Positions 32,541 through 41,135 of a stretch of 41,135 nt of DNA are shown here, piece after piece. Origin of the DNA: Octopus bimaculoides (lineage: Eukaryota). Positions within the stretch are counted from its first letter, which is position 1, and each line of letters begins with the position of its first letter. Where the stretch lies: NCBI RefSeq assembly GCF_001194135.2, contig NC_068990.1:27319458-27360592 (forward strand). Direction: 5' to 3'. Under the pieces are notes generated by a model. The model was not told the origin of the DNA. It made no database searches and was given only the letters and a program-made list of their open reading frames with translations. Both the position numbers and the translations under genes were made by a program.

Positions 32541-34923
32541 GTTTGAGAATGGGATGAAGGATAGATTAGTAGTGCTGTCACCATAGCTGTTGACAAGTTT
32601 TGATTAAAAACGCGGGTATTTTAAGGCACATCTGTCACTACAGCACAACACATACTTCTTAAAGAGGCTATATATATATATATGCGTATAAGAAGCGATG
32701 ACCACTAGGTGGACATCCAATATGCTAGAGAGAGGTCATCAATGATCCAACCACAAAGAAAAATAATGTACTCCAGAATATAATTCAGCAAGCACCATAG
32801 CATAGGTGGGCAGGACAAAATGGAAAATATACAAAATAAGGAATTAATTGTGTACCGACAGTTTTTACTGAATTATCAGATTTTTATATGCTAGACCACT
32901 GGTTTTAAATTGAAATTAATATTCAATTTATCACCCTCAGTATAAATATATATATATATATGTATGTATGTATGTATGTATATATATATATAACTAATTA
33001 TAGGGGGGGGTCTTTATGTGTGTGTGTGTCTTTCAACATATCGAAAACAACGTAACAAAGGCCTAAAAAAAATTACTTCCACTTTGAACAACGAAGGCAC
33101 GTGCTTGATTAGCAACTTTTTTAACCGGCAGCATAGCAACGAAAGTGTGAACATAATTATAAACTACTATATTGGGGCTGCCATCATGTGATTATGCAGG
33201 CAATTATAGTATAATTGTAGTCACAACGTTTCAACCGTTGTGCACTGCGGTCAATTTTGAGTTACCTTGTAATATTACTACTACAGATGGACGTATCTAT
33301 TACGATCTTACTATATTCATACACACTCGATGAACCTGTTCTTTGGTACAGCTAGAATTTCGTAACATACTTAAGCAGTTAAACAAGATGTAGGCAATGA
33401 TAAAAGAATGAACAGGTTACTAATATACTTATCAAAGTCTAAAGTAACTTCAAACTATTATAGATAGGAGACGCTGTCAGCAACATCCAATAAGTTGTGG
33501 TACGTCGAACTATTACTATCCAAACTTTATTCCCTGGGTTAAGCAATTTCTTATCTGCTGTCATCCTGTCAGCGATAATGATATGTAGGATTGAATAATC
33601 AATGTCGGGTCAGAAAAGACAGAATGTCCTGTCAAGGAATGCATGAATGGAAGTTTAAATTCCAACGTAATTTTCGTAGGGAATCAAGTAAAATGACGTA
33701 GATGCTATTACATAACACATGTAGATGACGATTATCTTAATGTAAGCACGAATGTGACAGCAAAGATGGAAATAACTGAAACGAAAATTGTCTTCCTTAA
33801 ATACTGGATTAAATAGAAGGAAAACTAAGCACTTTAAAGTATACATTGGAAGACAATCTTCAAGATGTATATAAGGCTTTACGTGTTATGATTATATCAA
33901 TTGATAATATAGTCACAAAAGAAATATTAGGCATATCTTTAAAGCAAAATAATAGGTGTTTAGTGGAGTATGTGGTAATAACAGAAAAATTGCTGTATCT
34001 GGTTTGATGGTTCTTTCAGACCACATCTGGAAATGGAAAAGTCTTGGTAATAACATTATCGAACATCTTGCTTTCTGCTTTTGACTCAAATCACTGTCAA
34101 GCACCAGATGTCTTGAGCACATTCTTAAAGACTCTATTCTTCAATGACGTAATTCAGTATTTAAAAAAATTAAAGTTAAGTTAAAGGAAGGAATGTATAT
34201 CTATGTTCTGAGAGAACATTGGCCAACGCCTTGTGAAAAATATGGCACTAGAGAGTGTCAAAGAACCAAAACAGATCTTGGTTTGTTACCAGAAATGCAT
34301 TGAGGCTCACACATGACTTGATTATCGCAGTACAATTTTACTGTGTAGAACTGGAGAGATAAAAACACTAGGTAGGTCTTGCGTTACACGATGACGGTGC
34401 AATTTAGCAAAACAGTAATATTGACTAGAAGATTCTAATAAACATAAATTTACTTCTTTCTTGCTGTTTCGCTAAGATAAAAATTTCAATTTAGTTTACA
34501 ACATAGGAAGATGAACGAGGAATACTTTCATCTCAAATTACTGTGAGTTATAAACTGTCACCAGATGGAGAGGAGTCTCTTCACTGTTACCAAACAGTTT
34601 AGCAATAAAGACAAAAAAAAAAAATGACGAGATCAATGAACAGTTTCTGCAGCGAAAATACATAAGACTTGAATGAAAACGAAAGCAATATAATCGGTGC
34701 AAATATATGATATATAATTCCAAGTGAGAATACTACAAATATGACATGGCTATAAATAAAACTCACATATCTCTTGATTATAGCATCAACGGACTTTTAA
34801 TCATGGCATCAAGGGACGTGCAGATTGAGATATAAAATATTGGTTTTTAGGTCAACAGAATGTAATCTCCAAGAAAAATAGGCACAGAAAAATAGGCATA
34901 GAAAAAATGGCTATAGGTTAGAA

Positions 34924-35105
34924 CCCCCCCACCATGGCTTGACAACGGGTGTTGGTGTGTTTATGTCACCATAAATTTGCGGTTCATCAAAAGTATCCGA
35001 TAGAATAAGTACTAGGCTTAGAAACAATAAGTCTTGGGGACTATTTGTTCGAATAAAAGCCAACCTCGAGTCAAATGAATGAAACAAGTAAATGAATAAA
35101 AGAAT
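34924..35105 (+). mobile_element. SINE family B 3' half
   Basis: gcttgacaacgggtgttggtgtgtttatgtc..gatagaataagtactaggctt matches the other B copies. Confidence 0.8.
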
Positions 35106-35137
35106 AATAATGTAAGCATGTCTTAATATATTTATGC

Positions 35138-35171
<34 letters not shown>

Positions 35172-36001
35172 NNNNNNNNNNNNNNNNNNNNNNNNNNNNN
35201 NNNNNNNNNNNNNNNNNNNNNNNNNNNNNNNNNNNNNNNNNNNNNNNNNNNNNNNNNNNNNNNNNNNNNNNNNNNNNNNNNNNNNNNNNNNNNNNNNNNN
35301 NNNNNNNNNNNNNNNNNNNNNNNNNNNNNNNNNNNNNNNNNNNNNNNNNNNNNNNNNNNNNNNNNNNNNNNNNNNNNNNNNNNNNNNNNNNNNNNNNNNN
35401 NNNNNNNNNNNNNNNNNNNNNNNNNNNNNNNNNNNNNNNNNNNNNNNNNNNNNNNNNNNNNNNNNNNNNNNNNNNNNNNNNNNNNNNNNNNNNNNNNNNN
35501 NNNNNNNNNNNNNNNNNNNNNNNNNNNNNNNNNNNNNNNNNNNNNNNNNNNNNNNNNNNNNNNNNNNNNNNNNNNNNNNNNNNNNNNNNNNNNNNNNNNN
35601 NNNNNNNNNNNNNNNNNNNNNNNNNNNNNNNNNNNNNNNNNNNNNNNNNNNNNNNNNNNNNNNNNNNNNNNNNNNNNNNNNNNNNNNNNNNNNNNNNNNN
35701 NNNNNNNNNNNNNNNNNNNNNNNNNNNNNNNNNNNNNNNNNNNNNNNNNNNNNNNNNNNNNNNNNNNNNNNNNNNNNNNNNNNNNNNNNNNNNNNNNNNN
35801 NNNNNNNNNNNNNNNNNNNNNNNNNNNNNNNNNNNNNNNNNNNNNNNNNNNNNNNNNNNNNNNNNNNNNNNNNNNNNNNNNNNNNNNNNNNNNNNNNNNN
35901 NNNNNNNNNNNNNNNNNNNNNNNNNNNNNNNNNNNNNNNNNNNNNNNNNNNNNNNNNNNNNNNNNNNNNNNNNNNNNNNNNNNNNNNNNNNNNNNNNNNN
36001 N
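35172..36001. other. Assembly gap (N)
   Basis: N run. Confidence 0.99.
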
Positions 36002-36022
36002 ATATATGTATATGTATATGTA

Positions 36023-36065
<43 letters not shown>

Positions 36066-36502
36066 ATATCTATCTATCTACATGTATGTGTATATATACT
36101 TAAGGGTACTAGCAAGCAGTACCAAGGGGCTGACTTAGAAGTCACACAGACCAAACCACTAAATACAAAAGTAAAATCGGGCAAATGAGTAAAGACCCTA
36201 ACAAACCCATCCCAATAACGAAACAAATCAAATATTGAAAGCTAGACAGACGCGGACCCACTGACCTGTTTTTGTTCCCAAATTTGACCCTCCATTAATC
36301 CAAAATTTTATTTAGGAATTTATGGGAACAACTATCTCCGAAGACTCATATTGGCGTTGAATATTCGAAATGCGGAGTAGATAGATAAATAGCCGACAAC
36401 TGATGACGGGTCATTTCTCTGAGTTTACTTATCCTGTTTTCAATTTTTTCTCACGTTGTTTGTTTTCGTATTTCATGTTGTTTACACAGTTTGTGACGTC
36501 CT

Positions 36503-36503
36503 G

Positions 36504-36546
<43 letters not shown>

Positions 36547-36660
36547 ATATCTATCTGTCTGTCTGGCTGTCTGTCTTTCTGTATGTCTGTCTGTCTGTCT
36601 GTCTGTCTATCTGTCTGTCTGTCTATCTATATATCTACCTATAGATACATACATCCATAC
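36503..36660. repeat. (ATCT)n-(GTCT)n microsatellite
   Basis: Direct reading. Confidence 0.95.
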
Positions 36661-36669
36661 ATATTTATT

Positions 36670-36825
36670 TTTTCTATTTTGTCTCCCTGTTTATTTCTGT
36701 GTTCCTTTCTGTTGAAGAGCATAGGCTCGAAACGTAAAAGACCTTCTCACTTCCCGAACGCTAAACTAATACATCTGTTTGTTGTATACACACCGCCTTC
36801 GTCTTTTGTATTTTGTAAATTCTCA

Positions 36826-36828
<3 letters not shown>
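36670..36828 (+). mobile_element. Pseudo-LTR-like repeat family X (copy 3)
   Basis: Aligns with 32290-32428 and with the reverse complement of 30388-30545. Confidence 0.75.
36705..36740 (+). ncRNA. Structurally intact minimal type I hammerhead-like motif with non-canonical core CUGUUGA
   Basis: CTTT-CTGTTGA-A-GAGC-atag-GCTC-GAAA-CGT-A-AAAG. Stem I CTTT/AAAG, stem II GAGC/GCTC, palindromic ACGT stem III, GUA triplet (predicted cut after 36736). Confidence 0.7.
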
Positions 36829-36856
<28 letters not shown>

Positions 36857-37034
36857 NNNNNNNNNNNNNNNNNNNNNNNNNNNNNNNNNNNNNNNNNNNN
36901 NNNNNNNNNNNNNNNNNNNNNNNNNNNNNNNNNNNNNNNNNNNNNNNNNNNNNNNNNNNNNNNNNNNNNNNNNNNNNNNNNNNNNNNNNNNNNNNNNNNN
37001 NNNNNNNNNNNNNNNNNNNNNNNNNNNNNNNNNN
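36857..37034. other. Assembly gap (N)
   Basis: N run. Confidence 0.99.
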
Positions 37035-37776
37035 ATATATATATATATATATATATATATACACGCATACACGCATACACACACACATTTAGGTATGTAT
37101 ATAAATGTATTCTCTAGCAACCCGTGTGTGTAGTGGCCCATATAAAGAGAAGAAAATTTCTTATTCCATGCCGTCGTTTCCAAATAAATTATCCAGCTAA
37201 AATCATCCGAAGAGCTACTCCGAATTACCGTTTACACCACATAATCTGAATGGTAAGATGAGGAACAAAAACAACAAATTGAAGACGTCGATGGTGCCAA
37301 ATAATCATCGCAATGACTGAATCAATAAAAGCGTGGCTAACACGCCAAATGAACAAAGAGTTGACAATAAATTGGCCAAGAGAGGTAATTCAGAGATAAT
37401 TAATTTATATCAAATTGAAAATTAATGACAATAAAATTGAATGGAAATCATAAAAAAAGTGAGGTTTAGCTTAGTAGGGGGTTAATTAAAATTTGTGTAG
37501 AAAATTATAATTGAAATTGTAAATTTCCGATTGAAAAGAAATAACGAAAATTAAAATAAACGTAAAAGAGAGGTAATAATAGTTTTGTGAGAATATAATG
37601 GAAATAATTGCTAGAAATATTTAAAGGATGGTAACTACAATTTTCAGATGTTACGTGAGAAGTTGCACAGAGTCCATCAGCGGGAATCAAAGTTAGGTTG
37701 AACTTGCATGTTTGTATTTTGTACAAAATGGAAGACGGATTAAAGTGGGAAGTTGGTATTAAATGTTCGAGAGTTA

Positions 37777-37992
37777 AGGCGCGTGGCCCGGTTAGGGCAT
37801 TCGGATCTCGATCGTAAGATGAGGAGTTTGATTCTCGGCCATGCATTGGTTCTTGATTAAGGCACTTTATATTACGGGTCCCCATTCCATTCATTCGGCA
37901 AAAACAAGTTGTACCTGTATCTCAAAGGGCCAGCCTCCTCACATTTTATATCCTGCTGAATCTCACTGAGAATTATACTTAGTGTCTGTGGG
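37777..37992 (+). mobile_element. Old CORE-like SINE with family A-type tail
   Basis: GAGTTTGATTC B box; gttgtacctgtatctcaaagggccagcct and gctgaatctc match 26300-26370 and 1400-1450. Confidence 0.7.
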
Positions 37993-38037
37993 TCAATGAG
38001 TACACACATATAAATTATGGGGGTTTAGTTCAACAGA

Positions 38038-38047
38038 CACACACACA

Positions 38048-38097
<50 letters not shown>

Positions 38098-38107
38098 NNN
38101 NNNNNNN

Positions 38108-38140
<33 letters not shown>

Positions 38141-38145
38141 GCACA
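38038..38145. repeat. (CA)n microsatellite with a 10-N gap (38098-38107)
   Basis: Direct reading. Confidence 0.95.
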
Positions 38146-38323
38146 CACAAACTATGGGATTAACGTATTACTACGGTTCCAAAGTTATAGCCGAGGTGGT
38201 AGTTATGGAGCAATTGAAGATTTCCTATGCCGTGGATATATAATAGTTAAACATGGCGTCAAACATTAAGGCAAGGCAAACATCTCAAGTCATATACAAT
38301 ATCATTAAAGGAAGAATTTCAAG

Positions 38324-38379
38324 ATCTTAGAACTGTTTCTTGGATATCCCCGAGTATGGGATATTCCGTCATCAGAGAC
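38324..38379 (-). ncRNA. Degenerate hammerhead ribozyme with long stem II
   Basis: Minus strand: GTCT-CTGATGA-C-GGAATATCCC-atactcg-GGGATATCC-AA-GAAAC-AGTT-CTA-AGAT. Canonical core, about 9-bp stem II, stem I GTCT/AGAT. Preceded on the same strand by a pyrimidine-rich leader (38380-38490). Confidence 0.65.
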
Positions 38380-38538
38380 AAATAGGGAGAAAAATAGGGG
38401 AGATGAGAGTGGAATATATCAATAAGATGGTAATAAAGAGGAAGAGTGTAAAAGAATAAGGAGATGAAAAGAAGGAAGAAAAAAAGAAGCCTAAAAGTTC
38501 ACAGTTCAAATTTCCGAAGTTATAGAAACCAGAGCTTG

Positions 38539-38621
38539 AGTCCTTAGGCGCAATCCTATGTAGATCCATGAGTGTAAGTCCTTAGGTGCAATCCTGCGTA
38601 TATCCATGCTGGTTAAAGTCC
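38539..38621. repeat. 38-bp tandem duplication (2 copies plus a partial third)
   Basis: agtccttaggcgcaatcctatgtagatccatg (38539) vs agtccttaggtgcaatcctgcgtatatccatg (38577). Confidence 0.9.
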
Positions 38622-38678
38622 AAAAATTGTTTGTGTCTCATACCAACTCGAAAACAGGTCATTGTTTTGTGTGAATTT

Positions 38679-38880
38679 AAGGCAGTGATCAGGCAGAAAG
38701 GTTAAGAATCTAGGAAAACATTTTAACAGTATTTCGTGTGTTTTTACGTTCTGAGTTTAAATTCCACTGAAGTCGAATCTGCCTTTCATCCTTTCGGGGT
38801 TGATAAAATAAGTACCAAGTGAGTACACATACACACATAGATCGAAATTGCTTGCTTGTGCCAATATTTGAAATCAATAT
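38679..38880 (+). mobile_element. SINE family C
   Basis: aaggcagtgatcaggcagaaag head; ttctgagtttaaattcc; gcctttcatcctttcggggttgataaaataagtacca; gcttgtgccaatatttgaaatc tail. Confidence 0.8.
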
Positions 38881-41007
38881 TTTGGGTGAGTTCAATGCTT
38901 AAGTGGTCGTCGATGACGAGATGTAACCTCTAACCAGACGTTAAAGTCAATGAAAATAGACAGTGGCTCCTGTAGTTTATCCATTGACAACTAACACAGT
39001 GTAAAAAATACATTCTACACGGTTAGAACTTTAAAAGCTTCATGATGTCACCTGGAGATATATTACATTTGGAGCTGATTTTTCAGGCCCAATATTTAAC
39101 AAGGAGCAATAAGTCTATTTTTAAGAGAAATCGTAAGGAATAAACTGAAAATATCTCACAAATATGCAAGACTGTGATTGTAACAAACAGACGATAAAGC
39201 AAAGTGACCAATATATAATCATTATGTTTATATGATTGTTTTCTTCTGCTTTCGTGTCACTCTACATACGATGTCCCTCAAATCATTTGACGCATGAAAG
39301 CTCTCACTTCATGAAGCTGTCACCAACTACGATATCATTACACGAAGCGGAATACTTGTGAAACCAGCATTAGTTTCTTTCATAGATTTTAGCACAAATG
39401 AAAAAAAATATTATGAATATAAATAAATCATAAATTCAAATTTTAACATAAATCAATAACTATCAAAACGGATACATAATCTAATCTTACTCGTCGTTTA
39501 TGTTACCAGTTTTGTGGTGGCATAATATACATCGTGCACACATTTCTGTATCAATATGCGTACCTATCACCACCAGCCTCAAGGCAAGAAACTCAATGTA
39601 AACATTTTCAAACAAACTACATAAGAGACAAGATTCAAGAAGGTCTTATCGCCCCATTTCTTCCTTTATGGCATACTTTTTCCTCGTCTTCTGTGTTTTT
39701 TCCCCAAGCTACACCAATATTCCGAACAAGTATTGAAATGCCTGAAGTAATTCTTTTAATACCTCCAGGTTGAAGCTAATATTTTCGATAATGAAATTAT
39801 GCCATCTTATTGCTTTTTTGCTTCTAATAATAAAAAAAAATATTTTGTCCTTTTTCCCGCTAACTATCTTACCACCAACGTCTGCGGTATCATTTCAATG
39901 AACATCTGCGGTTCTTTAAGAGTTTAGAGTTCGATACACTTTGAGTAACAGCATCAATCACTTAGGATTATACAGTTCATTTACTGTTACAGATTATGCC
40001 TGGTCATTATATTTGACTGACCGTTCATCTGTTAGTATATTTTATACATTTTTACAGGAACAAGCCTCTAGCAGAAAAAAATATTTACTTGGAGTACATA
40101 TGTATATTATTTACGGCTTCTTTTGTAAATATACGAACTACCTACAACCTATAAGTTAGTGACACAGAGGTCCTATTATCCACACAGGATATCCCTAATT
40201 AGGGATATCTCCTTCAGATTACACCGGCGGTCAACTAACCCAGCAGGCACTCATTAATTTCTTACTCATTTGTAGAAATATTCTTGGGGTATTTTTGTGC
40301 CACTCAGTCTCTTTCCTTTACTTTGCTTCTCTTAATTTCCTTTCTTTTTTCTTTCTCCCTCTCCCTCTTTGTTACCTTCTTCCCACTATCACGTGACCCC
40401 TGACGATCTTACGTGGTGTCTTTCTTTTTCACGTTGCCTGGACACGATTTTCTGATCTCCTGACTCTACCCGTTCCGTGTATAGTCCTTTAGGACAGTTT
40501 TCATTTCTCCTTCACCTTACCCATTTTTGTCTTGTCTTGCAGCCCCAACGCTTATGTATTATCATTATTAATTGTTGTCTTCCTGTGGCCCTAAGCCTTT
40601 ATTCTGTTTATTATTTTGTCGCCGTCCGTCCACTAACAGTCGCGTCTCGAGTCTGTTTCGTTTTGTTTTATTTTCTTTAGGTCTGATTCCCGGCAAGTTT
40701 CTTGTGGGTATCTCCAGAGTGAAGGCAATATTATCGATAATGGCTGAAATTGCGTTTTACCCCTCTGGCCGATAACTAATGAAGAATTCTGTGTTTTCTG
40801 TTCGTCTGTGTATTTAGTATATTTTCGTCTTTTAAAATTATATCTATAGGTATATGATATTTTCCGCATGTTGTCGTTTTATTAACTAATGAAAAAATAC
40901 ATATAATTAATTATATGTGTACACACACACACACATACACACACGCACACACGCACACACACACACACGCACACACGCACACACACATATATATCTATAT
41001 ATATATA

Positions 41008-41130
41008 CGACGAGGTTCTTTCAGTTTCCGTCTACGAAATCCACTCACCCAAGGTGCCACACAGTGAGATTGAACCCGGAACCATATGGCTGATAAGCAA
41101 GCTAATTACCACACAGCCACTCTTGCGCAT
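41008..41130 (-). mobile_element. SINE family B 5' part
   Basis: ttctttcagtttccgtctacgaaatccactcac..gaacccggaaccatatgg matches 12150-12275. Confidence 0.85.
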
Positions 41131-41135
41131 ATATA

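Noticed and set aside
33596-34175. Protein-like open stretches (..THVDDDYL..; TTSGNGKVLVITLSN..)
   Set aside because: Interrupted by stops, with no family motif beyond a chance xVDD tetrapeptide.
3663-37183. Long ORFs containing X runs (e.g. 15339-16331, 31102-31935, 35134-36138) and YIYI/CVCV/HTHT/SIYL ORFs
   Set aside because: They are open only because they cross N gaps or di- and tetranucleotide repeats.

Overview
Eukaryotic, AT-rich, microsatellite-saturated genomic DNA with 11 assembly gaps (N runs, mostly bounded by (TA)n/(CA)n). Repeat content and the tRNA-derived/CORE-type SINEs point to a coleoid cephalopod, most likely Octopus (inference). I found no confidently identifiable host protein-coding exon, tRNA or rRNA gene; almost all ORFs in the track are microsatellite or N-gap artefacts. 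The window does contain: (i) decayed fragments of restriction-like-endonuclease (RLE) non-LTR retrotransposons (R4/Dong-like), three of them set in (AAT)n arrays and a distinct lineage ending in (TACA)n; (ii) a decayed Penelope-like element (RT + GIY-YIG); (iii) an RTE-clade LINE 3' end and a possible Tc1 transposase remnant; (iv) about 20 SINE copies or fragments from 3-4 families; (v) at least six hammerhead-ribozyme (HHR)-like motifs from several Penelope pseudo-LTR-type repeat families. The most unusual signal is an HHR-like family, present three times, whose core reads CUG-U-N-GA instead of the canonical CUG-A-N-GA. All family assignments come from motif recognition by eye, not database searches. 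Element boundaries are approximate (about +/-20 nt) unless a motif is quoted.
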